Source of the DNA: a bacterium
Lineage (GTDB): Bacteria > Patescibacteriota > Minisyncoccia > JAHIHE01 > DAOWLE01
Assembly: GCA_030643545.1 (NCBI GenBank)
Contig: DAOWLE010000005.1
Span: 1 to 62,430, forward strand
DNA length: 62,430 bases
Reading direction: 5' to 3'
A model generated the notes under the pieces. It was not told where the DNA came from. It saw nothing but the letters and a program-made list of their open reading frames with translations, and made no database searches. This document shows positions 9,179 to 18,243 of this stretch, piece after piece. A program made the position numbers and the translations under genes. Each line of letters opens with the position of its first letter. Position 1 is the stretch's first letter.

Positions 9179-9876
9179 ATCAATTTTATTCTTTTGGAGA
9201 AACAATTATCAAGCTTTTTAATTTTTACTCGAAAACCAGTGCCGTGGTTTCGGACAGAGCCATTGGGATGATAATACATTCTAAAATCAATAACGATATC
9301 ATCGGCTCTGATTCTCTTTTTAAATAATTCAAAGTCAAAATCTTCTAAAAGATAAGCTTCATTAAAATGGAAATGTTCAATCTCTTTAATTATTTTAGTA
9401 TCTGCTAAAACATAAACAAGCGCTGGCAATTTTTTATTAAACTTATTTTTAACTAACTCCACATCCCAGAATATATTAATCCTCTTGCCTTTCCCCTTTA
9501 CTCTAATTTTATTTTTTTCAACTGATAGTTTTAAATTTTGATTATTGTATTTTTTACAAGAAAGGGTACTATGTAATTCTTTGGATCTTTGATTATCCCT
9601 TCTTGAATATCCAAAATTATCAAGCAACAATCTATCACGATCCCCGCCATTTGGAAGCGGTTCAAGCGTAAATAATGTCATCATTGATTTAGCGTTTTTA
9701 CGATATGATTTTAATTCTGCAACTTCTCCTATATCCGGCAAGGGGATATTATTTTCTTTGATTCCTAATAAGTCCTCCAAAGTTTTGCCGATGCCAGTAT
9801 CGCCACGACGATGAGTTTTAACAAAACCCTGCTTTTTTATTTCTTGAAGTTTCTTTTGAAATGTTTTTAGATTCAT
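9175..9876 (-). CDS. MvaI/BcnI-like type II restriction endonuclease (copy 2)
   Basis: RRGDTGIGKTLEDLLGIKENN.P.P....AELK....MTLFTLEP and C-terminal RNHGTGFRV. 3' end overlaps the fused MTase by 4 nt (convergent). Confidence 0.75.
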   Translation of the reverse strand: MNLKTFQKKLQEIKKQGFVKTHRRGDTGIGKTLEDLLGIKENNIPLPDIGEVAELKSYRKNAKSMMTLFTLEPLPNGGDRDRLLLDNFGYSRRDNQRSKELHSTLSCKKYNNQNLKLSVEKNKIRVKGKGKRINIFWDVELVKNKFNKKLPALVYVLADTKIIKEIEHFHFNEAYLLEDFDFELFKKRIRADDIVIDFRMYYHPNGSVRNHGTGFRVKIKKLDNCFSKRIKLI

Positions 9877-9950
9877 ATTATTTTACAAAATAATCAAGAG
9901 GTTTCTTATAAATATCAGCCAATTCCTTTAATTCAGCAGATTTAACGGGG

Positions 9951-10021
9951 TGGACCTAATGAGAATCGAACTCATATTTCCGCAATGCGAATGCGGTATT
10001 TTACCATTAAATTATAGGCCC
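9951..10021 (-). tRNA. tRNA-Ala (anticodon CGC)
   Basis: Hand-folded cloverleaf. Acceptor GGGCCTA/TAGGTCC with G3:U70, anticodon loop TTCGCAT, T-loop TTCGATT. CCA is not encoded. Confidence 0.85.
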
Positions 10022-10080
10022 TTTTGAAAAACCAAAATTTAAAATTAATGCGATTTATGGTATAATGATATCAGAAAAAG

Positions 10081-10164
10081 GCCGAAATGGCGAAATTGGC
10101 AGACGCGCTAGCTTTAGGAGCTAGTCTCCTTTTGGAGGTGAGGGTTCGAGTCCCTCTTTCGGCA
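10081..10164 (+). tRNA. tRNA-Leu (anticodon TAG)
   Basis: Acceptor GCCGAAA/TTTCGGC, anticodon loop TTTAGGA, long variable arm TCTCC-TTTT-GGAGG, T-arm GAGGG-TTCGAGT-CCCTC. Confidence 0.85.
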
Positions 10165-10260
10165 CTAAATCGTTATTTTAATTATACTCAAAATTCCAAA
10201 AAAAACAAGAGGGATTCGCTCTCGCCACAAAAGCGAAAATGGGTTCCCTACAAAAAAATT

Positions 10261-11943
10261 ATGAAACATATTAAACCTTTGCTTTTAGTCATTCTTGATG
10301 GCTGGGGAATAAGCGCGAAAAAAAAAGGAAACGCGATCGCTCAGGCAAAAACTCCAACAATTGAAAAATTAAATCATTCTTATCCGCATTTTTATTTAAA
10401 AGCTTCGGGAATCGCTGTCGGGCTTCCATGGAAAGAACCGGGTAATTCAGAAGTCGGGCATTTGAATTTGGGCGCCGGAAAAATTATTTACCAAAATTTG
10501 CCAAGAATTGATTTGGCGATTAAAAATAAATCCTTTTTCAAAAACAAAGCTCTGCTCAGCGCGATGGATTTTGCCAAGAAAAATAATTCCTGCCTTCATT
10601 TAATGGGTTTGGTTAGTTCTGGCGGCGTGCACAGTGACATTGAGCATCTTTACGCTCTTTTGAAAATGGCAAAAGAAAATAAAGTTAAAAATTTATTCAT
10701 TCATATTTTTACTGACGGAAGAGATACTTCGCCAAAAGGCGGAATTAATTTTATTAAAGATTTGGAGAAAAAAATAAATAACTTCGGCGTTGGAAAAATT
10801 GCAACTGTCGTCGGCCGTTATTGGGCAATGGACAGAAATAAAAATTGGGACAGGACAGAAAAAACATATCGATGCTTGACTGAAGGAATCGGCAAAAAAT
10901 ATAACGATCCGATTAAAGCGATTGAAGAATCGTACAAAAAAAATATCACTGATGAATTTATTGAACCGATTGTGATTACTGGCAATAATGACAATCCAGT
11001 TGGAAAAATTCAGAATAATGATGCGGTTATATTTTTTAATTTTCGCAATGATCGCGCCCGGCAATTAACCCAAGCGTTTGTCTTGGAAAATTTTAAAGGT
11101 TTTAAGCGAAATAAATTTTTAAAAAATCTATGTTTCACTACAATGACGGAATACAAAAAAAACTTGCCGGTTCAGGTCGCTCTTTCTCCGCAAAAAATAG
11201 ATTGCCCTCTTGCCTGTGTTTTGAGCAAAGAAAATAAAAAACAGCTTCATATCGCTGAAACTGAAAAATACGCCCATGTCACTTATTTTTTCAACGGCGG
11301 ACGCGAAAATCCTTTTGATGGCGAAGATCGCATTCTTATTCCTTCACCGTCTGTTTCAAATTACGAGGAAACACCTGGAATGAGCGCTCACGAAATAACC
11401 GAGAAGTTAATTGAAGAAATTAAAAAAGATAAATATGATTTTATTATCGTTAATTACGCCAACCCAGATATGATCGGACATACTGGAAATTTTAAAGCGG
11501 CCATCCAAGCGGTTGAAATTGTTGACCGATGCCTTGGACGATTAGTTGATACGGTTTTGGAAAATAACGGCGGACTGATTATCACCGCTGACCACGGAAA
11601 CGCGGAAGAAATGATTAATCCGCAGACCGGTGAAATTATGACCGAGCACACGAAAAATCCAGTTCCGATTTGGTATGTAAATAATGAGAATTCTCCAAGA
11701 GTTCAACTCTTGGAGCTCCAAGAGTTGAACTCTCGTAATTCTGAAAAAACTTCTAAAATTCCAATTATTGGAATTTTATCTGATATTGCGCCGACAATTT
11801 TAGAAATAATGAAAATAAAAAAACCAGCTGAAATGACCGGAAAAAGTTTGCTTAAAAATTTCAGAAAAAAAGAAAAAAAAGTTTTGCCGGACTCGGCAAA
11901 AAATAACAAACCCAAATCTATTTTATACCGCAAAATTTTCTAA
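10261..11943 (+). CDS. gpmI: 2,3-bisphosphoglycerate-independent phosphoglycerate mutase
   Basis: LVILDGWG, SEVGHLNLGAG, ADHGNAE blocks. Start moved to ATG 10261 because track ORF 10087 overlaps tRNA-Leu. Confidence 0.9.
   Translation: MKHIKPLLLVILDGWGISAKKKGNAIAQAKTPTIEKLNHSYPHFYLKASGIAVGLPWKEPGNSEVGHLNLGAGKIIYQNLPRIDLAIKNKSFFKNKALLSAMDFAKKNNSCLHLMGLVSSGGVHSDIEHLYALLKMAKENKVKNLFIHIFTDGRDTSPKGGINFIKDLEKKINNFGVGKIATVVGRYWAMDRNKNWDRTEKTYRCLTEGIGKKYNDPIKAIEESYKKNITDEFIEPIVITGNNDNPVGKIQNNDAVIFFNFRNDRARQLTQAFVLENFKGFKRNKFLKNLCFTTMTEYKKNLPVQVALSPQKIDCPLACVLSKENKKQLHIAETEKYAHVTYFFNGGRENPFDGEDRILIPSPSVSNYEETPGMSAHEITEKLIEEIKKDKYDFIIVNYANPDMIGHTGNFKAAIQAVEIVDRCLGRLVDTVLENNGGLIITADHGNAEEMINPQTGEIMTEHTKNPVPIWYVNNENSPRVQLLELQELNSRNSEKTSKIPIIGILSDIAPTILEIMKIKKPAEMTGKSLLKNFRKKEKKVLPDSAKNNKPKSILYRKIF
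11693..11735. repeat. tandem palindromic 23-mer inside gpmI
   Basis: CTCCAAGAGTTCAACTCTTGGAG followed by CTCCAAGAGTTGAACTCTCG. Each unit is self-complementary. Encodes SPRVQLLELQELNSR. Confidence 0.85.
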
Positions 11944-12681
11944 TAATTTTATTTCTTCCCATATCTTTTGATGAATTGTTTCAGGCGGCAATAATCTTTC
12001 ATTTTCAAAACACTCAATCACTTTAAAATCTTTTGGAAATTCTTTCGCCGCCTCCAAATAAGAATTAAGAGCATCCTGTAAATGATTCAAATCTTTTTCA
12101 TGGATGTCTCTTTTTTTATTTCCTAAATACGCTTTTCTTTTTTTCTTTTTTTCTTTATCTGTTATTTTCGGAGATAATTTTCGCGATGATTCCGGGGAAG
12201 TTTTTAAAATAAAAGTTATATCTGGTTTTGGAATTTTAAAAATATCATACTCAAGATTATACAGCCATTTCAAATATTTTTTTCGTTCTCTTTTATTTTT
12301 AATCTTTCCGCCTTGATGTCCGATATTTGAAGCAATATATCTGTCTGAAACAACAATCTTTTTTTCGTTGAGCCATTTTTTTATTTTAAACGAAGCGTCA
12401 TATCTGTCGCAAGCGTAAAAAATTGAAGCTCTGTAAGGACCGATTTTTTCAGGAGTTCCGTATTTTCCATTTAAATATTCTTCCACAGGACCGGCGGATT
12501 TTGTTCCATATTGGGGAAAATCTATCGTCTTTGTATTAAATCCTTCTCTTTTCAAACGATGAATTAAAAGCTTTGTCTGGGTAGCTTTGCCTGAACCGTC
12601 AATTCCTTCAATAACAATAAACCCCGCACATAATTTTTTTATGTGCTGGGTGAATTTTCCTTTGTGTAAATTTTTATACAT
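11923..12681 (-). CDS. tmk: thymidylate kinase
   Basis: P-loop IEGIDGSGKAT; DRY(I/V) block. Confidence 0.9.
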   Translation of the reverse strand: MYKNLHKGKFTQHIKKLCAGFIVIEGIDGSGKATQTKLLIHRLKREGFNTKTIDFPQYGTKSAGPVEEYLNGKYGTPEKIGPYRASIFYACDRYDASFKIKKWLNEKKIVVSDRYIASNIGHQGGKIKNKRERKKYLKWLYNLEYDIFKIPKPDITFILKTSPESSRKLSPKITDKEKKKKRKAYLGNKKRDIHEKDLNHLQDALNSYLEAAKEFPKDFKVIECFENERLLPPETIHQKIWEEIKLLENFAV

Positions 12682-12688
12682 AATAATT

Positions 12689-13909
12689 TTAAAAACAATA
12701 TTTCATTTTCTGAAATTTTCTTCTAAACCGAATAACTTTTTTTTCAACTTCCTTAACATCTTTTCCGTCTATTACAATTTCTTTCATAAACCCGGCGATA
12801 ATTTTCATTTCTTTTTCTTTCATTCCAAATCTGGTCATTTCCTGAACTCCAATCCGCAGGCCTTTTGGATTTTGTGGATCTATTTTATCTTCTGGAATAA
12901 TATTTTTATTTAAAATAATATTTGCGTTTTCTAATTTTGTAGCGATTAAATTTCCGCCGCCGAATTTTTCCACATTAAGCAAAACCTGATGGCTTTTGGT
13001 AAATCCTTTTTCTTTTTCCAAAACATCAAAACCGAATTTATCAAGCTGCTTGGCTAACGCTTGAGCGTTTTTTATAATCTGAGAAACATATTGCTTTCCG
13101 AATTTTTTCATTTCCATTAAGGCAAAATAAAGCGCCGGCAAACGATGCAGATGATGATTGGATAAAACTCCCGGAAAAACTTTTGCTTGAATTTTCTTTT
13201 GCAAATCTTTTTCAATATTTCCCAGAATTATTCCGCCTTGCGGGCCGGGAAAAGTTTTGTGAGTGGAAGAAGTAATAATGTCAACTCCTTCTTTCAAGGG
13301 ATTTTGAAAAAAACCGGCGGTGATTAAGCCAAAAACATGCGCCGCGTCATAAATAATTTTCGTGTTTGTTTTTTGGCAGATTTTTTTCAATTCTTTTATC
13401 GGCTGTGGAAATAAAATCACCGACCCGCCAAGAACAATAAATTTTGGTTTTATTTTCAAAATTTGCTTTTTTGATTTTTCTAAATCAATTGATGAATTTT
13501 TAAATTCAATATGAAAAACTTTTAATCCCAAAATTCCCGCGGCTCCCGGTTCTTCGTGGGAAACATGAGAACCGCCATCAATTCCCAAGGTTAAAATTTT
13601 ATCGCCTTTTTTTGTTAAGGCGGAAAAAACCGCCATATTTGCCAAAGTTCCAGAAATCGGGCGAAGATCAACAAAGTTCGCTTTAAAATGTTTTTTAAAA
13701 ACATCCTCTGTTAAACTTTCTATTTGGTCAATATATTTCAAACCCTGATAATATCTTTTAAAAGGCAGGCCTTCGGCATAGCGGTGCATCAAATCAGAAA
13801 CATAAAGTTTTTCGCAAAAATCAGACATTACATTTTCCGAAGCAATTAAATTTATACAATTTTTCCGCCAGTCATTATGTTTTTTTAACAAAGATAAAAT
13901 TTTTTGCAT
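12689..13909 (-). CDS. glyA: serine hydroxymethyltransferase
   Basis: LIASEN start region and PLP-lysine block SSTHKTFPGPQGG. 406 aa. Confidence 0.95.
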   Translation of the reverse strand: MQKILSLLKKHNDWRKNCINLIASENVMSDFCEKLYVSDLMHRYAEGLPFKRYYQGLKYIDQIESLTEDVFKKHFKANFVDLRPISGTLANMAVFSALTKKGDKILTLGIDGGSHVSHEEPGAAGILGLKVFHIEFKNSSIDLEKSKKQILKIKPKFIVLGGSVILFPQPIKELKKICQKTNTKIIYDAAHVFGLITAGFFQNPLKEGVDIITSSTHKTFPGPQGGIILGNIEKDLQKKIQAKVFPGVLSNHHLHRLPALYFALMEMKKFGKQYVSQIIKNAQALAKQLDKFGFDVLEKEKGFTKSHQVLLNVEKFGGGNLIATKLENANIILNKNIIPEDKIDPQNPKGLRIGVQEMTRFGMKEKEMKIIAGFMKEIVIDGKDVKEVEKKVIRFRRKFQKMKYCF

Positions 13910-13959
13910 AAAGTTTAAAACAATTAAAAATTTTTAATTAAAGTCCTTATTTTTATTTT

Positions 13960-14646
13960 TTAATCTTTTACAAGTTTAAAAACAACAAAGTGCGGATGAT
14001 TAATTTCAGAATTAGGAGTTTTTATATTTTCTTTCGGCGATTTTAATTCTAATAATTTTTCAATTTTCAGATTTGTATTTACAATTGAATTAACATAATC
14101 TTCAAAAATCCTATAATAATTAAATCTTCTATTTCCTTTCCATATTTCAAATTTTTTTCCTCTAACAAAATAATTCATTTTATTGTATTTAACCATTTTT
14201 CTAACAGGATGTGGAACAACAATTAAAACAAACCCTGTTTTTTTTAATATTCGATTGAATTCTTTTAAAACAGAATCAATATCTTTTTTATACATCACAG
14301 AAAGAATTGAAATAATAATATCAAATTGATTATTTTTAAAACTCGTTTTCTCAAAATCCATAACTAAAAATTTAGCATTCAGACCATTACAATTTTCATT
14401 TGATAGCTTAATACAATTCTCACTAATATCTATACCAGTAACTTTTGCCCCTTTTTTAATTGCTGAAATACATTCCTTGCCATCGCCACAACCAATAAAA
14501 AGAACTTTTTTATTTTTAACATCTCCGAGAAGAAAATCAAGCTTTTTTCTTAGACTTTGCATAACTTTATATTCTGTTTGCTTTTCAAAATATTTTCTAA
14601 ATTGAGCATTATATAATTTTTTTGCAAGTTGAGAATCTTTGTTCAT
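13960..14646 (-). CDS. class I SAM-dependent methyltransferase
   Basis: Motif I VLFIGCGDGKE followed by VTGIDIS. Confidence 0.75.
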   Translation of the reverse strand: MNKDSQLAKKLYNAQFRKYFEKQTEYKVMQSLRKKLDFLLGDVKNKKVLFIGCGDGKECISAIKKGAKVTGIDISENCIKLSNENCNGLNAKFLVMDFEKTSFKNNQFDIIISILSVMYKKDIDSVLKEFNRILKKTGFVLIVVPHPVRKMVKYNKMNYFVRGKKFEIWKGNRRFNYYRIFEDYVNSIVNTNLKIEKLLELKSPKENIKTPNSEINHPHFVVFKLVKD

Positions 14647-14703
14647 ATTATTAAAATAATTTTTTATTTTCCGCTAAGATTTAAATTAATTAAAATGAAA
14701 AAT

Positions 14704-15303
14704 TTATAATTTTGACAAATAATCTCGCCAGACAATCGGCGCCCAGCCGTTTGTATTTTTTAAATATTCAATTAATTTCTCCCGCTCAATTAAACTGCCT
14801 TCTATTTTATCTTTTTCTTTTACAAAAATTTCAGGATTGTTTCCTTTAAAATGATAAATCAATCCCAAATGAACCGCCTCAACCGGCCTTGATTCGTCGT
14901 TTAAAATTCCCACTAATTTTTTTTCAATAAGTTTCCCCTGATAATCAATTTCCTCATTCCATTCGCGTATTGTTCCGATTTCCAAAATATCTTCACCCTC
15001 TTTAAGATCAACTGAATTAATATGCCCGCCGATTCCCAATATCCAATCGTTTTTTAATCTTTGCTCTCCGGCTTTTTCCAAATAGCGGTAAAGAAAATAT
15101 TTATTTTCAAAACTGAAAACAATATAGGAAACAATTTGCTGCCAGGACGGATCGTCTTCAACTTCTCCGCGAGGCATAAACTGATAATTATTTCGAACCA
15201 AATCCAAAAGATAGTTTAAATTATTTTTTTTAAGCCCGTGCCAATGCTCATCCTGAAAAATAATATCTTTTTTTACAACTAAAACTTTTTCATTTGGATT
15301 CAT
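14704..15303 (-). CDS. MutT/Nudix-family phosphoesterase-like protein
   Basis: Nudix-box-like GIGGHIN...E....IREWNEEI. 4-nt overlap with the upstream ThyX-like gene. Confidence 0.55.
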   Translation of the reverse strand: MNPNEKVLVVKKDIIFQDEHWHGLKKNNLNYLLDLVRNNYQFMPRGEVEDDPSWQQIVSYIVFSFENKYFLYRYLEKAGEQRLKNDWILGIGGHINSVDLKEGEDILEIGTIREWNEEIDYQGKLIEKKLVGILNDESRPVEAVHLGLIYHFKGNNPEIFVKEKDKIEGSLIEREKLIEYLKNTNGWAPIVWRDYLSKL

Positions 15304-16541
15304 AAATTTTTTATTACAAAAGTTTCATAGGGCTCTTCTAATACTTCAAGCAATTCTTCCAAACTCTCTTTCCAATTTCCTCCTGCTTGAGAAAATGCTT
15401 TGCAGATATTATTTTTTGTCTTAAAAGTTTGCGGCTCTTTGCACTGTCCTTCTCTCCAGCATCTCGGGCCAATTTTTTTTATCAATTCTTTATATTTAGC
15501 TAATTCCCTTGTTATCGGAATTCCTACCGCGTTTCTTATTTCCCACTGAGCAACACCTTCGCTTCTCGCTTTAGACATTTCAATAATTTGAAAACCTTTT
15601 CCATAAATCATTGATTTCGCTCTTTGGCCCAATAAAAGAAAATAAGCAAAATTTGGATCTTGTCTTTTTATAAATTCTATTTGTTTTTTACAAGCCAAAT
15701 CAGCTATCTTTTTATAATCTTTTTTTATCTCTTCCGGAAAAGAAGGAGGAATAACAAATATTCCGCTTTTAGCAATTTCTTCTAATGGTTCTATGTCGCA
15801 AAGAATTTGCCTCTGCCTAACTAATTGGCCATACATAGCCAAACTGCCTTTTACCGCCATATCCATAGAAAGAGAATGATTTTTTTCTCTATAATCGAGA
15901 AAAATTTCATCCTTAATTTTTTCTTTTCCCCAAAATTTCCATTTTGAAGGCAATTCTTCATAAGGCAGATCTAATTTAAATTTTTCATTAATCAGTGTTT
16001 CAATTTTTTCACCGATTTCTTTTAATTCCGGTAACGGAGTATTCTTTAAAGAACTTGCCAATTTTCCTAAATGCCGAGGCGGAGCTGAAAATATCATTCT
16101 TGTTAATGTTCCTTCTGGCAAAATGTATCTTGCGTCTTGCGCTGGCACGCCAGAATTAACAGCTTTTTCGTATATTTCAAACGCCGCTTTTCCTAAATCG
16201 CCGGCTGCTTCATTATATCTATTCGGTTTTATCACTCTGAATGACGCTTCAATGCCGGCGCCAAACACTAAATTATTAGCGTTCACATTTCGCCAAAAAT
16301 AAACCGCGGACAGACGCGACATATCTTCTAAAATTATAGCGCAGGAAAGAAAATCACCAAGAATTAAATGCTCGTTTTTTTTCATAATCATATTAACCAA
16401 TTCTCTGGATTTTTTCTTATCCGCTTTGCATTCTTCGTAGATATCTTTTATGTTTCCGTTTTCAAACGGCGCCTGTGAAATTTTTACTCCCACTGCCGCA
16501 AGAATAGCCGGTTCGTCTTCTATGAAATTAACTTTTACCAT
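15300..16541 (-). CDS. tandem ThyX-fold protein (thymidylate synthase ThyX-like, RHR motif absent)
   Basis: Two ThyX-like halves: ..ILEDMSRLSAVYFWRN.. / ARYILPEG.. and ..GQLVRQRQ.. / ..ARSEGVAQWEIRNA.. 413 aa. No RHR string anywhere in the protein. Confidence 0.5.
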   Translation of the reverse strand: MVKVNFIEDEPAILAAVGVKISQAPFENGNIKDIYEECKADKKKSRELVNMIMKKNEHLILGDFLSCAIILEDMSRLSAVYFWRNVNANNLVFGAGIEASFRVIKPNRYNEAAGDLGKAAFEIYEKAVNSGVPAQDARYILPEGTLTRMIFSAPPRHLGKLASSLKNTPLPELKEIGEKIETLINEKFKLDLPYEELPSKWKFWGKEKIKDEIFLDYREKNHSLSMDMAVKGSLAMYGQLVRQRQILCDIEPLEEIAKSGIFVIPPSFPEEIKKDYKKIADLACKKQIEFIKRQDPNFAYFLLLGQRAKSMIYGKGFQIIEMSKARSEGVAQWEIRNAVGIPITRELAKYKELIKKIGPRCWREGQCKEPQTFKTKNNICKAFSQAGGNWKESLEELLEVLEEPYETFVIKNL

Positions 16542-16697
16542 CTTTATATTTTTTGAATAATTAATAATGCCTGATTTTATGTTACCATATTTTTTAAAAT
16601 AAAAAAAGAGCTTCTATGTTTTAGCATAGAAATTGACTTTTTGGCTTAAAAAAGATAATCTTAATTTAGAGATCATTAGTTTTATATCTAAAATTTT

Positions 16698-18152
16698 ATG
16701 GTTATTCCCCACTCTTTTTTAAAAATATTAGCTTTAATTATTTTAACCGCTGTTTGCGGCGCTGCCATTGTCATTTCTTGGCAATTTTTTTTAATCGCTT
16801 TTTTAGCGCTGATATTTCTGATAATAATTTTATTTTGGCCGGAAAAAGCTTTTTATTTTCTAATTTTTTACATTCCTTTTCAAATCGCCTTAAACCCGAT
16901 TGAAGGAATTGATTTAGCTTCAATCAGAATTTTAATTATTTTATTATTTTTCGCCTGGCTTTTATTTTCTTTGTCTCAAAAAAAAATTTTTATCCCTAAT
17001 ACAACTCAAACTTGGCTTATCTCAATTTTTCTTTTTATAGTTTTTTTGTCGTTTTGCTGGGCGCCGGAACAAGAAAGGGCTTTAAGAAAAACTTTGTTTT
17101 TATTTAACATTATTCCTCTATATTTTATCAGCGCTTCAATGATAAAAAGTAAAATTCAAATAAATAAAATTATTTCTATTTCTATTTTTGCCGCTTTATT
17201 TACCGGAATTATCGGACTGATTCAATTTGGTTCCCAATTTATTATTGGACAGGAAAAAATAGCGAATTTTTGGGCGGAAATAATTTCCCCGATTTTTTAC
17301 GGAAAAAGTTTCGGCGCTCAAATAATTTCTTTGCCAAGCTGGTTTGTCAATATTGGCGGTGAAACATACTTGCGAGCTTTTGGATTTTTTCCAGACCCGC
17401 ATATGTTTTCATTTTATTTAGGATTAATTATTCCATTGGTTTTGTGTTTTTTGATTTTTAACAGAAGAAATAAAAAAAGAATTTTTCTCTTTACAATCTT
17501 AACCATTCTAATCTCATCCGTTTTCCTCTCTTTTTCCCGCGGCGGTTATTTGGGAATGTTTGTTGGATTATTCAGCGTGATAATTTTGTCATGGAAATTT
17601 TTAATTCCAAAAATGAAAATAATTATTTTTTTAATAATTCTTGCCGGGATTGTTTCAGTTTTTATTCCCCAAAATCCAATTGCCAGCAGAATTAATTCAA
17701 TCATAAATTTAGAAGAGGGTTCAAATGTTGGCCGCTTGATTATTTGGCAGCAAGCCGCAGATGTTTTTCAAGAACATCCGATTTCCGGCGTTGGCATCGG
17801 CAATTATTCTTTTTATTTATTTCCCGAGGAAAAATACAGAACTCCGATTTACGCGCACAATACTTATCTGGATATCGCTTCTGAAATGGGAATTTTCGCT
17901 TTGATTGCCTGGATTGGAATTTTTCTTTCGTGCTTCTGGCAATTATTTAAAATAATTAAAAAAACCGCGGATAAAAATCTACGGATTATCTCAATCGGCT
18001 TATTCGGAGGATTAATTTGGTTTTCCGTCCATTGTTTTTTTGAAACCCCGATTTATTCCCCACAAGTTCTGGCAATGCTGATGATTATTTTCGGAATGGT
18101 TGTCGGTGTTAGAAAAAATTATAAAGAAGAGAAATTAGATTTAATAAATTAA
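16698..18152 (+). CDS. O-antigen ligase (Wzy_C)-like polytopic membrane protein
   Basis: More than 10 hydrophobic helices. SRGGYLG and AHNTYLDIASEMGI blocks typical of O-antigen ligase family. Confidence 0.7.
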   Translation: MVIPHSFLKILALIILTAVCGAAIVISWQFFLIAFLALIFLIIILFWPEKAFYFLIFYIPFQIALNPIEGIDLASIRILIILLFFAWLLFSLSQKKIFIPNTTQTWLISIFLFIVFLSFCWAPEQERALRKTLFLFNIIPLYFISASMIKSKIQINKIISISIFAALFTGIIGLIQFGSQFIIGQEKIANFWAEIISPIFYGKSFGAQIISLPSWFVNIGGETYLRAFGFFPDPHMFSFYLGLIIPLVLCFLIFNRRNKKRIFLFTILTILISSVFLSFSRGGYLGMFVGLFSVIILSWKFLIPKMKIIIFLIILAGIVSVFIPQNPIASRINSIINLEEGSNVGRLIIWQQAADVFQEHPISGVGIGNYSFYLFPEEKYRTPIYAHNTYLDIASEMGIFALIAWIGIFLSCFWQLFKIIKKTADKNLRIISIGLFGGLIWFSVHCFFETPIYSPQVLAMLMIIFGMVVGVRKNYKEEKLDLIN

Positions 18153-18243
18153 AAATATACAAGTTGACAATATAATTATAAAATGCCATTATTTTAATGT
18201 AGAACCATAATTTTTCATTTTGATTTTTAAATTTTTAATTTTT

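Noticed and set aside
10087-10260. N-terminal extension of the gpmI ORF
   Set aside because: It is a translation of tRNA-Leu and its flank. The conserved iPGM start (MKHIKPLLLVILDGWG) is at 10261.
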